Source: an uncultured bacterium
GTDB taxonomy: Bacteria; Oederibacteriota; JAAXVQ01; JAUVAV01
DNA length: 64,000 bases
NCBI GenBank assembly: GCA_963710755.1
Contig: CAVQBK010000013.1
Coordinates: 224,001-288,000, forward strand
Direction of reading: 5' to 3'
Shown here: in pieces, positions 1 through 8,938 of the stretch
Layout of the letters: every line of letters begins with the position of its first letter
How positions within the stretch are numbered: the stretch's first letter is position 1
Program-made: the position numbers and the translations under genes
Notes under the pieces: model-generated
What the model saw: only the letters and a program-made list of their open reading frames with translations
The model's database searches: none
What the model was told of the DNA's origin: nothing

Positions 1-2152
1 TGGAAACCACGGCCGGCACCCCGCAGGCCTGGGCCTCCAGGACCGCCATGCCAAAGGTATCGGTTAAGCTGGGGAATACAAATACATCCGCCTGGGTGTA
101 AATTGTTGGCAAGCTGGTATGGGGTTGACGCCCAATCAAAATCACCCCCGCCAGTCCTTCGGCCTTTTTCCGGAAATAATCCATTTGCGGCCCGTCGCCA
201 ACCAACACCAAATTAAGCGTTCTGCCTTCGGCCCGCAACGCCTGAAAAACGTCCAGTAAAAAATCCAGGTTTTTATCCTTGGAAATGCGGCCTACGTACA
301 TGAGTACCGGCTGGTCGGGAAAAGCCAGCATGCTATCCAATGTTTTTCCGAAGCTCACCTCGGGCGTAAAGATGGACGTATCAATGCCTTTGCGATAATA
401 GGCAAGTTTTCTGGGATCGAGGCCGCGTTCTTCCAGAATATCCATATAGGCCACCGCCGGCACCTTAACGTAGTCCATGGAGGCGTAAAACCACTTCATG
501 TAACTTTCCACCAGTTTACCCAAATCTTCCTCTCCCGTCAGGGCTAGGGTCTGGGCCGTAAAATCAGTGTGATAAATACCCATACAACGCAGGTTTAACA
601 GTTTAGCGGCCAAAAGTCCCAACAGGCCGACCGGGCCGGGCGTAGAGATGATGATGGCTTCCGGATCGGCCTGGTAAATCATCTCCATGGCTTTGAGTAC
701 CGATGGCAGACGCAGGCCCAGATGCTCGTAATAAGGCATCTGGCGCGAAAGGCTGTAAGGCAGGGGCATCAGGTTGGGCGGCAAGTCGGACGTCAGCTCA
801 TCCTGATTAAGCGCAGCTGCAATGGTCACCTCCATCTTATGATGGTGGGTAATCCACCCGGCTTTTTTGATGGTCTCGGCTACGCCATTCATGTCGGAGA
901 TGGTATCTGTGAACCAAAGAATCCGTTTTGGAATTTTGTCCGTGGGGATCCCTACTTCCGCACGCAGGCGGTTGATCATGGTGCGGCTCTTGAACATATG
1001 CTTCAGGCTGGTAAAAAAAGGCAGCGAAAAAAAGATGCCCGGCAGCAAGGAGGAAACATCGCGCACCAGTTTAAGGACATCACCCTGGCGCAGGTCTTTT
1101 TCCAGCGATTCAAAGAGCACTTTTATATAAGTGTCCGAAATCCGGCTCAGCTTTTCATAAACCAATCTGACTTTTTCTTCAAAATCCTTCTCGGGGCCTG
1201 ATTTCATCTGATTAAAAATGTCCATGAGGGCTCTCTTGATGGACTCATCCTGTTCGTTCGATGTTTTCCATGCCTTGAATTTCAAATGATCGGCAAGTCC
1301 TGTTTTTTTATTATTGAACAGCACCTCGTTTAATTGGGTGAATAAGGAATTGGAAAGACCGGCATTCTTGGTTTTGGAGAAGTCATAGGCAATTTTGTAA
1401 ATGGTGAAGGCAAAGGTTTGGTAATTGTTATGCCGGCCGCCGGCCATCATCACCTTGTTTTTAAGGCACTGAATAAATTCCTCGGGCGTGGCGGCCCCGG
1501 CGGTGGTATAAGTTTTACCGATGAAAAGCGCCGCATGATCATCACTGCCCGCGGTCAATCCCTTGATCCAGGGATCATCACTGATCGGCTCAAGCCCGTG
1601 TTTTTGCCGGAGTCGGTCCAGATAGGAGGGCGTTAAATGACGCAGGATGTCCATCCAGCCGCGATTGCCCAATTTATCACGGCTGCCGTTAATGCCTTCA
1701 AACACGTCGAATAAAAGAATCAACTTTTCCAAATGGGCCGGGGTAAGGCGGTCGTTGACCGAGTAAGTGGCATGAGCCACGGAATAAGCCAGGTCTTGGT
1801 CGCGCAAATAATCGCGCAATTCATAAATGTTATGACGTATTTGTTCGATGGCCTCAAAATTCGCCTGATCCAAGCCATAGATTAGGATATGCACCTTGCA
1901 GCCGTCTTCCGGGAAATAAGCCGTGGCTTCCATGCCGGTGATCACGTCGTCAGGATACTTCTGTTTTAACCATAAAGCCCCCGCGATTTTATTGTGGTCG
2001 GTCAGGGTGACAAAACGCATGCCATTGTCCTTGGCGCGGCGGTAAACCTCTTCGGGTTCGGTATACGATTCATGGGCACCCAGTCTTTTTAAAAACCATT
2101 CCGAAGCGTGACTGGAGTACTTGGAATGAACGTGCAGGTCCACTTTAGCCAT
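1..2152 (-). CDS. PHP-domain / GT4 glycosyltransferase fusion (3' end runs off the window; absent from the ORF track)
   Basis: Manual translation from ATG 2152 gives MAKVDLHVHSKYS...FVTLTDHN (PHP metal-binding motifs). Near the window edge it reads VFVFPSLTDTFGMAVLEAQACGVPAVVS, the GT4/GT-B signature. Confidence 0.88.
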   Translation of the reverse strand, partial: MAKVDLHVHSKYSSHASEWFLKRLGAHESYTEPEEVYRRAKDNGMRFVTLTDHNKIAGALWLKQKYPDDVITGMEATAYFPEDGCKVHILIYGLDQANFEAIEQIRHNIYELRDYLRDQDLAYSVAHATYSVNDRLTPAHLEKLILLFDVFEGINGSRDKLGNRGWMDILRHLTPSYLDRLRQKHGLEPISDDPWIKGLTAGSDDHAALFIGKTYTTAGAATPEEFIQCLKNKVMMAGGRHNNYQTFAFTIYKIAYDFSKTKNAGLSNSLFTQLNEVLFNNKKTGLADHLKFKAWKTSNEQDESIKRALMDIFNQMKSGPEKDFEEKVRLVYEKLSRISDTYIKVLFESLEKDLRQGDVLKLVRDVSSLLPGIFFSLPFFTSLKHMFKSRTMINRLRAEVGIPTDKIPKRILWFTDTISDMNGVAETIKKAGWITHHHKMEVTIAAALNQDELTSDLPPNLMPLPYSLSRQMPYYEHLGLRLPSVLKAMEMIYQADPEAIIISTPGPVGLLGLLAAKLLNLRCMGIYHTDFTAQTLALTGEEDLGKLVESYMKWFYASMDYVKVPAVAYMDILEERGLDPRKLAYYRKGIDTSIFTPEVSFGKTLDSMLAFPDQPVLMYVGRISKDKNLDFLLDVFQALRAEGRTLNLVLVGDGPQMDYFRKKAEGLAGVILIGRQPHTSLPTIYTQADVFVFPSLTDTFGMAVLEAQACGVPAVVS

Positions 2153-2291
2153 GGATAACATCCTTTTATTATTATTGATATGGGTCAGCCGGAGCAAGGA
2201 CGCCTGACTTTCAGACAAAAAATTCCCCGTCTTGTGCAAGACCATACCATCAATAAGACATGGGAAACGTTAATCTTTGAAGAATAGCTGG

Positions 2292-3605
2292 TTAGTTTTT
2301 AATGAGGTCCAAAGCAGGCCATTGTTGGCGCAGGCTGACGAGCAAGGAGGTTTCATCCGATGCGGACATGGTGAAAAGCGGGGAGTTATGATGCTGCAGC
2401 AGTTCAGGCCAAGCCGCCAGAATATCGGTCCTGGTTTGGTTGCCAAAACGGTTAAGGAACCTGACTATTTTCAAGCCATCAAACCATTGATGACAGGCTG
2501 CCTCAAAGCGTTCCGGCGAATGGTAATTTTTTTGCAATTTTGCCAATACGGGCCAACCGCGGTTTTCCTCCATAAACGCCATTAACCGGGCCGAAGAGGC
2601 CTGACGCAGATGCCGCAGGTTCTGATAACCTGGAGCCAGTTCCCGGAAAAACCGCCTCAGTTCCAGGAATAAAACCGGGGCCGGGACTTGGCGGTAAAGC
2701 TGGCTTCCCTGCTCAGCCGCGGCCAGCATGGCCCGGCCGGTCCCGAAGAGCACCCGCCGGGAAAATCGGGCCATGGGATACACGGTGGCTGAGCTGATGC
2801 GCAGCAGCGGCCTTGGCAGACTGAGTTTGGCCACTTTTTGCAGGAAGTGAAAGTCCTCCGCAGCCTGACGCGGTGCCAGCCCCTCCACCATGGCATAAGC
2901 CTGGGCTGAGACCACCATGGCGCTGCCCATGCTTTGATAGGCAAAAGGCGATCCCGCCACTGCCATACCGGCTTCCAGATAGCGTAGCCACAACTCATAG
3001 TAAACAATCGCTTCTTTCATAACCTGGTCCTGCGGCCATGGGTGTTCAAAGTGGCAAAGCCCGCCCAAAGGCTGGGGCCGGCGCTCAAAGGCTTCCAGCA
3101 GGCGGTCAATATAACCGGCGCTTACCACGGTATCCGCATCCAGGCAAGCAATGATGCCCTGCGCCTGGGTGCCGGCCTGCACCAACCGCCGCAGAGCCTG
3201 ATCCATGCCAATCCGTCTGGCCAGCCCCACGCCGGCCAAGCGAGGAGCGAGTTCCAGTCCGGCTGTGGCCCGGTCCACCACAACCATGGGCAATACCTGA
3301 GCTGCGCTCAACCGGTCGTCCTGCAAGGTCTTGAGATTATCAGCACGAACAACTGCGGATGCATGGCGGCTGTGGTTGACCACCAGAATCACTTCTGCTT
3401 CCGCCAGGCGTTGACTGCCGTACGTCAGAGAGTCGAGGGTTTTAAAAACATGGTCATACTCTGCCAAACACGGAATAACGATGGTCAGTTTAAGCATGGG
3501 ATTGGGTGCAGACCATCTGTCCTGAGGCAAAACGGGAAGGGCCCGGCGGGTCAAATAACGGCTAAAATGGTCTTTTTCGATGGGCATAAAGTTTAATCCT
3601 GACAA
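2292..3605 (-). CDS. GT2-like (GT-A fold) glycosyltransferase
   Basis: Motifs IVIPCLAE, GVGLARRIG, LDADT (DxD) and AEDFHF. The start may be ATG 3587. Confidence 0.75.
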   Translation of the reverse strand: MSGLNFMPIEKDHFSRYLTRRALPVLPQDRWSAPNPMLKLTIVIPCLAEYDHVFKTLDSLTYGSQRLAEAEVILVVNHSRHASAVVRADNLKTLQDDRLSAAQVLPMVVVDRATAGLELAPRLAGVGLARRIGMDQALRRLVQAGTQAQGIIACLDADTVVSAGYIDRLLEAFERRPQPLGGLCHFEHPWPQDQVMKEAIVYYELWLRYLEAGMAVAGSPFAYQSMGSAMVVSAQAYAMVEGLAPRQAAEDFHFLQKVAKLSLPRPLLRISSATVYPMARFSRRVLFGTGRAMLAAAEQGSQLYRQVPAPVLFLELRRFFRELAPGYQNLRHLRQASSARLMAFMEENRGWPVLAKLQKNYHSPERFEAACHQWFDGLKIVRFLNRFGNQTRTDILAAWPELLQHHNSPLFTMSASDETSLLVSLRQQWPALDLIKN

Positions 3606-3715
3606 TTAGTCAATTATTTCTGAGCAACTTGAGCCTTTGAATTTCTCAATTTCTCTGCTTTTAGGGGGACTGATACTGGAAAGGCCGGATATTCCGGGAC
3701 TTGGCGGAATGCTGG

Positions 3716-4138
3716 TTAGTCTTCCTGCACCATAACCACAAAGGGTGAATTGACATGCCGACGTATGACTTCAATAGCTTTATGATCGCACCACCCCCAG
3801 GAAACATCATCGGAAGGGTCTATCGCATGGAGGGAAGGCACTATTAGGTTGAGAATCAGAAGTTGCTCAAAATAATGACCCAAAAAACAACCTTCACCGG
3901 CAACCATTTTTTCTGTCTTCGGTAATTTTTTACGAAACATCTCAAGCCACAGCGCCCGGGGAGGCTGGCCATTACCGGCCAGCGTCGGTTTTGCTGCCAT
4001 GAGCTTTTTTATTACCGCTGACTGCACATTCAAAAGGGTGAACATGGTTAATACGTCCTCGCGCATTTCCTGTATTTCAGTGCGGTAATGAAGCACTAAT
4101 AAAATGATACTCTCTTTCGTATCAAAATACCCCACCAT
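3716..4138 (-). CDS. Hypothetical protein (140 aa)
   Basis: The ORF fills the gap and has a sigma54-type promoter upstream on the same strand. No recognisable motif. Confidence 0.45.
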   Translation of the reverse strand: MVGYFDTKESIILLVLHYRTEIQEMREDVLTMFTLLNVQSAVIKKLMAAKPTLAGNGQPPRALWLEMFRKKLPKTEKMVAGEGCFLGHYFEQLLILNLIVPSLHAIDPSDDVSWGWCDHKAIEVIRRHVNSPFVVMVQED

Positions 4139-4233
4139 TCGTTGTAGGGTATATTATTTCCGTTTCGTAAAGAAAAAGGTTTTAAATTCCCTTTTTAAGG
4201 CCTTAGTGCCCAGCTCACCAATAGATGTTATTA

Positions 4234-4250
4234 AGCAAAAAACGCACCAG
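4234..4250 (-). promoter_or_regulatory. sigma54 -24/-12 promoter (leftward)
   Basis: Minus strand reads CTGGTGCGTTTTTTGCT, i.e. GG-N10-GC. Confidence 0.55.
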
Positions 4251-4299
4251 TGATTATTATAAAAAATCAAGCCGCTGATAACCAATCTTTTTTTAAAGT

Positions 4300-4336
4300 T
4301 GTGTCACTTTTGTAAGCCCGAGACATTTATGCCACA
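4300..4336. promoter_or_regulatory. Candidate tandem enhancer (UAS) for an NtrC-family activator
   Basis: TGTGTCACTTTTGTAAG and GAGACATTTATGCCACA lie midway between two divergent sigma54 promoters. Confidence 0.35.
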
Positions 4337-4396
4337 TCCAGGACCATCTGCTGAATAGCTAAGTTTTATCATTTCAATTTTTTTATCATCAACAAA

Positions 4397-4413
4397 TTGG
4401 CATGACATCTGCT
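4397..4413 (+). promoter_or_regulatory. sigma54 -24/-12 promoter (rightward)
   Basis: TTGGCATGACATCTGCT (GG-N10-GC), about 30 nt upstream of an AGGAGG RBS. Confidence 0.7.
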
Positions 4414-4455
4414 TTACCTAGACATGTTGGATCTCAATTATTTAGGAGGATGAGC

Positions 4456-4740
4456 ATGAAAAAATTTATTTCCTTGAGCTTGTTTTTAGTTTTTCTGGGC
4501 AGCCTGGTAATGATCAGCAGTTTATCTGCCAATGCCGCCAGTAAGACCAGTAAAAAAGAGGTTAAGGTGTCGGATAGCGAAGCACTCGATCCTGCTTCGG
4601 AAGAGTTGACCAGCGAAGAACCTACACCCGATCCTGCCATGGAGGATGAAGACCAAAACACGTATTCCGAAGACAGTGATGATCAAGGATCCATGGACGA
4701 CACGGAAGGGTCGGACAATTCCATGGAAGAACAGCAATAG
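4456..4740 (+). CDS. Small secreted, highly acidic low-complexity protein
   Basis: AGGAGG RBS at 4444-4449, signal peptide MKKFISLSLFLVFLGSLVMISSLSANA, and a D/E/S-rich mature part. Confidence 0.75.
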   Translation: MKKFISLSLFLVFLGSLVMISSLSANAASKTSKKEVKVSDSEALDPASEELTSEEPTPDPAMEDEDQNTYSEDSDDQGSMDDTEGSDNSMEEQQ

Positions 4741-4772
4741 ATCACCATTGACCATGCTGATTACAAAACACC

Positions 4773-4931
4773 ATGGAAAAGCCAGATAAACTCAAACCGG
4801 TCAATAAGAAAAGAAGTACCAAATGGTTGGGTAACTTCGATGAACGGGATCAGGAAAACAAAGACCAAGAATTCAAAATGGATGATTGGTATTTTGACAA
4901 ACCTGATAAAAAAGATAGTACCGTGCAATAG
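4773..4931 (+). CDS. Putative 52-aa charged small protein
   Basis: Manual translation MEKPDKLKPVNKKRSTKWLGNFDERDQENKDQEFKMDDWYFDKPDKKDSTVQ. It lies directly downstream of the acidic gene and has a weak RBS. Confidence 0.35.
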   Translation: MEKPDKLKPVNKKRSTKWLGNFDERDQENKDQEFKMDDWYFDKPDKKDSTVQ

Positions 4932-5073
4932 GGACGAAGAACATCCTGACGGCAGACATCAAAATCCCCAGCATTTCAAGGTGGCCATAAAGAGATGACA
5001 TATTAAGGATCATCCGCCTCTGACCACCGACATCACCGTTCGTGCCTTAAGCAGCCCTGAAGCCTTTTCGGTT

Positions 5074-6468
5074 TCAGGGCTTTATTTTTTTAGATTGGTC
5101 CCGTTCCAGGATGCGATATAGGGTTCTGCGATCGATTCCCAGAAGTTCGGACACCCGGGATTTGTTGGGCTCCACCTTTTCCATCAGCCATTGAATGTAA
5201 GCCAATTCCAACTGTTCCAAAGGCAGAAGGTGATGAGCCGGGATGCGAAAATCCAGTTCCTCTTTTTGCTCTTCCCGGTACAAGGAAGGCGCTCCGACCG
5301 TCTCTTGAAAATCCTGAATACTGAGCATACCGCTGGTATTCAATGCCACGGCCCGTTCCACCGCATGAGCCAATTCCCGCACATTCCCCGGCCAATGATA
5401 ATGCTTTAAATGATGTTCCACACTTTCATGCACCGCAATGCGTTTGCCTTGGTGGTTGGCGGCTTTTTCAATAAAATAATCAAGCAAAATGGGAATGTCC
5501 GATTTTCTCTGCCGCAGTGGTGGCAAAGTGATGGCAATCACATTAAGCCGGAAATAAAGGTCATGGCGGAATTTTTTTTCTTTCACAAGAGCATCGAGGG
5601 GTTGATTGGAAGCCGCGATAATGCGGCAATTAATGTTGATGGGTTTGGACGAGCCCACGGGCATTAATTCCCCTTCTTCAATCACCCGTAATAGTTTGCT
5701 CTGTAAAGTAAGCGACGTATTGGAGAGTTCATCTAAAAAACAGGTGCCCTGAGCTGCAGCTTCAAAAATACCGGTTTTATGATATTGAGCGCCGGTAAAA
5801 GCCCCCTTGACATGACCGAACAGCTCGCTTTCCAGCACCCCTTCGGCCAACGCTCCGCAATTGACCGCTAAAAATGGACCGGTCCGGCCACTGGTTTGAT
5901 GGAGCATCTTGGCCACTACTTCCTTGCCGGTCCCGCTTTCCCCTTGAATCAGCACTGTAGTGTTCAGGGGAGCTACCTTGGCCACCAGTTTGTAGACCTC
6001 CACCATTTCCGGACTGCGTCCTACAACGGTAGGGTGCTGCTTTTGTTGAGAACGGACCATGCCCTTTAGGCGGCGATTTTCTTTCAGCAGGATGGCCTGC
6101 TCCAAGGCACGGTTGATGACCAGACGTAGCTGGTCCAGCTTGAAGGGCTTGCTGATATAATCATAGGCGCCTTTTTGGATGGCATCAATGGCGGTCTCCA
6201 TGCTGGTAAAGGCTGTCATCACTATCACCGGCACTTCGCGGCCCGACTTTTTCAGGCTTTGCAATACTTCCAAACCATCCATACCCCGCATGCGCAGGTC
6301 GGTAATGACCAAGTCAGGGCTGGCCTCCTGAATCATCTGCCAGCCTTTTTGGCCGTTTTCAGCCGCCAAAATTTGGAAGCCGGCAGAGCCCAGCGCATCG
6401 ACCATGGACTCCAGATGAGAACGGTCATCATCAATCACCAATATTTTCTTGTCCGCGACTTTATTCAT
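5074..6468 (-). CDS. NtrC/AtoC/ZraR-family sigma54-dependent response regulator
   Basis: REC domain (LVITDLRM), Walker A GESGTGKE, ESELFGHVKGAFTGA, WPGNVREL and a C-terminal Fis-type HTH (LGIDRRTLYR). Confidence 0.96.
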   Translation of the reverse strand: MNKVADKKILVIDDDRSHLESMVDALGSAGFQILAAENGQKGWQMIQEASPDLVITDLRMRGMDGLEVLQSLKKSGREVPVIVMTAFTSMETAIDAIQKGAYDYISKPFKLDQLRLVINRALEQAILLKENRRLKGMVRSQQKQHPTVVGRSPEMVEVYKLVAKVAPLNTTVLIQGESGTGKEVVAKMLHQTSGRTGPFLAVNCGALAEGVLESELFGHVKGAFTGAQYHKTGIFEAAAQGTCFLDELSNTSLTLQSKLLRVIEEGELMPVGSSKPININCRIIAASNQPLDALVKEKKFRHDLYFRLNVIAITLPPLRQRKSDIPILLDYFIEKAANHQGKRIAVHESVEHHLKHYHWPGNVRELAHAVERAVALNTSGMLSIQDFQETVGAPSLYREEQKEELDFRIPAHHLLPLEQLELAYIQWLMEKVEPNKSRVSELLGIDRRTLYRILERDQSKKIKP

Positions 6469-7991
6469 AGGTCATCCTTCTTTAAAGGCAGGCTAATGGT
6501 CACGGTGGTGCCTTGCTGCACTTGACTGGTCACTTCGATAGTACCCTGGTGGGCAGCGACAATGTCTTTGCCCACCGCCAGCCCCAGACCATTGCCTTTT
6601 TTAAATTCCTTAGTGGTAAAAAATGGTTCAAAAATACGATTCAGTTTATCCGGTTCAATGCCGCTGCCGTTGTCAGTAACAGCGAAAACCAGTTGGTGAT
6701 TATGGTTGGTCAGTAGAAGGTGAATACGGCCCTCAGTCGGCAGAGCGTCCATGGCATTGTTGAGCACGTTCAGGAATAATTGCTGCAGTTGATCCTGGTC
6801 GCCCTGGATCCAGGCCTGCTGGGTCCGGTCCTCAATGCTCAGGACAATGCGCCTGGCATCTAAGACAGGGCCCAGGAGGGTCCGCAATTCCTCTATCAGC
6901 CTGACCCCGTGAATGGGCTGGAAAAGCGCCGGGCGACGGGTACGGCTCAACAATTGTTCCACAATGGTGCACACCCGCTCGATCTGCTGGTAAGCCGTTT
7001 TTATTCTTTTGGCCACATGGCCGGGCAGACCTTCTTGTTCCTGCACCAGCTGCAAATTGGTGGAGACCGCACCCAGAGGTGATCCGATTTCATGGGCAAA
7101 GGTGGCGGTCAATTGACCAATCAGCGCCAGCCGTTCCGACTGCACCAATTTTTTCTGGGTGGTGACCACCTGTAGATTCAAAGCCTTTAATTCTTCATTT
7201 TGGCTGGCCAAAAAGGCCGTGGCCTCGGCTACCTGATGGGTGAGATTCTGCTGTAGTTTGGTGATTTGATCGAGCATGATATTCATTTGTTCGCCCAGCT
7301 CCCCAAACTCCCCGGGCAGACGCTCGTTGACGCGCGCCTCCTGGTCGCCATGACGGTAACGCGCCATGACCTGCAACAGGTGCTGCATGCTGTGATAAAT
7401 GTTGGTCTGAAATAGGAGCATGACCGCGCCCACCAGGAGGACAATGGTAACCATCATGGCTATTTTGCGAATACGGCTCTGCACATCGATGAGTTGCTTG
7501 AAAGACTTTAAAGAGCTGGCCACCGAAAGTACGGCAGGCGTATGGTCTTCCAGGTGGATCAGACGGGCCGTGATCATGTGGCGCTTGCCGTCCTCCTGTT
7601 CAATCATAAAAGTGATGGGCGTATGCCTGCGAAAAACGGCCTCCTCCAGATCCTCGGGCGCCCTGGGGTCATTGCTATTGCTCATGACCTGAACCACTTT
7701 GTTTTTACGTTTAACAAAGACATCTACCCGCAGGATGCCGGGATAAACTTTACGGGCCTTTTGAAAGGCTCCTTTCAACTCCTGTACAGCCCCCAGCGCC
7801 AAGCTGCTCTCCAGGTTACGGGCAATCATGCGGGCCACTTGGCTGGTCTCGCCCCCGATTTCATTTTCCAGGGCTTGAACAGTACGCAGGCTGGTAATAA
7901 ATTCACTGGCCCCCAAAATTCCAATGGCCGTCAGGATCATGAGCAATAAGATACGCAGTTGCAAGGACATGCGAAAGGTGCGAAAAAACAT
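6465..7991 (-). CDS. Membrane sensor histidine kinase (periplasmic sensor, HAMP, HisKA, HATPase)
   Basis: Two TM segments, AHEIGSPL H-box, NAMDA, DNGSGI, FFTTK and GNGLGL. Overlaps the regulator start. Start is uncertain (7991 or 7970; the track gives 8198). Confidence 0.93.
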   Translation of the reverse strand: MFFRTFRMSLQLRILLLMILTAIGILGASEFITSLRTVQALENEIGGETSQVARMIARNLESSLALGAVQELKGAFQKARKVYPGILRVDVFVKRKNKVVQVMSNSNDPRAPEDLEEAVFRRHTPITFMIEQEDGKRHMITARLIHLEDHTPAVLSVASSLKSFKQLIDVQSRIRKIAMMVTIVLLVGAVMLLFQTNIYHSMQHLLQVMARYRHGDQEARVNERLPGEFGELGEQMNIMLDQITKLQQNLTHQVAEATAFLASQNEELKALNLQVVTTQKKLVQSERLALIGQLTATFAHEIGSPLGAVSTNLQLVQEQEGLPGHVAKRIKTAYQQIERVCTIVEQLLSRTRRPALFQPIHGVRLIEELRTLLGPVLDARRIVLSIEDRTQQAWIQGDQDQLQQLFLNVLNNAMDALPTEGRIHLLLTNHNHQLVFAVTDNGSGIEPDKLNRIFEPFFTTKEFKKGNGLGLAVGKDIVAAHQGTIEVTSQVQQGTTVTISLPLKKDDL

Positions 7992-8330
7992 GGATGTGGT
8001 CTCACTTGGGTAATGGTCGTAGGCGCTATTATCCTGCCCCGAGCATGGCTTAGCAATAAAAATCATATCAAGGGATATAAGTTGCTTATCCGGACCCTGC
8101 GGAGGCCTAGACCTAATACCGCTGCCCGCCAGCCCTTCCTGATGGGGTCTTCCCCTACTTTTATCGCCGGCGGACGATAAACCGCCGCGTTTTCCCATGA
8201 GAACACCTTCGGGATACCTTAATCAGCCCTTAACCCCAACCTTGGCAATGACGATCTTATGGTTGCGACAATTAAAGTTAAAAGCTATCATGGACTCAAA
8301 CCAAAACCTTTCAAGAGACGGTACTAAGAC

Positions 8331-8924
8331 ATGGATCAACTATTGGCCTCTTCCAGTTTCAAATTGGTTATTTTGCCGCTGCTGATCGTGCTGGCCCGCA
8401 TGGCTGATGTGTCGCTGGGCACATTGCGTATCATTTTCATTTCCCGGGGATTTAAACTGTGGGCTACCTTGGTAGGATTCTTCGAGATCACCATCTGGCT
8501 GATGGCCATTACCCAAATTATGAACAATCTTAATAATGTTTATTACTATCTGGCCTATGCCTTCGGCTTTGCCCTGGGCACCTTCATGGGCTTGACCATC
8601 GAAAGCCACTTGGCCATGGGCATGTCTCTAATAAGAATTATTATTCCCTGCGATCAGGCGGGCATCATCGAGGAGATGAAACAATCGGGGTGGGGATTCA
8701 CCTATTTTCCGGCCCATGGGGCCTTCCATCCGGTCAACGTTATCTTTGCCCTGGTCAAGCGCAAACAGATCCCTCATTTTCTGAATCTGCTAAAATCGCA
8801 CTGTCCGGACGCGGTTTATACTATCGAAGACATCCGCACGATCAGCAAGCAGCCCACCCGCTTTCTCCATGAGCGTTTGCCAGCCACTGCCGAGCTGTTT
8901 AAGCGTTCCAGAAAAGGAAAATAA
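8331..8924 (+). CDS. DUF2179/UPF0316-family membrane protein
   Basis: ARMADVSLGTLRIIF, GFFEITIW and YAFGFALGTFMG, followed by a soluble C-terminal domain. Confidence 0.85.
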   Translation: MDQLLASSSFKLVILPLLIVLARMADVSLGTLRIIFISRGFKLWATLVGFFEITIWLMAITQIMNNLNNVYYYLAYAFGFALGTFMGLTIESHLAMGMSLIRIIIPCDQAGIIEEMKQSGWGFTYFPAHGAFHPVNVIFALVKRKQIPHFLNLLKSHCPDAVYTIEDIRTISKQPTRFLHERLPATAELFKRSRKGK

Positions 8925-8938
8925 GACGCGCCTCCGGG

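Noticed and set aside
722-1636. Plus-strand ORFs 722-1201, 867-1130 and 1418-1636, and the many similar short ORFs antisense to long genes throughout the window
   Set aside because: They are shadows of well-supported opposite-strand genes and have no motifs or RBS.
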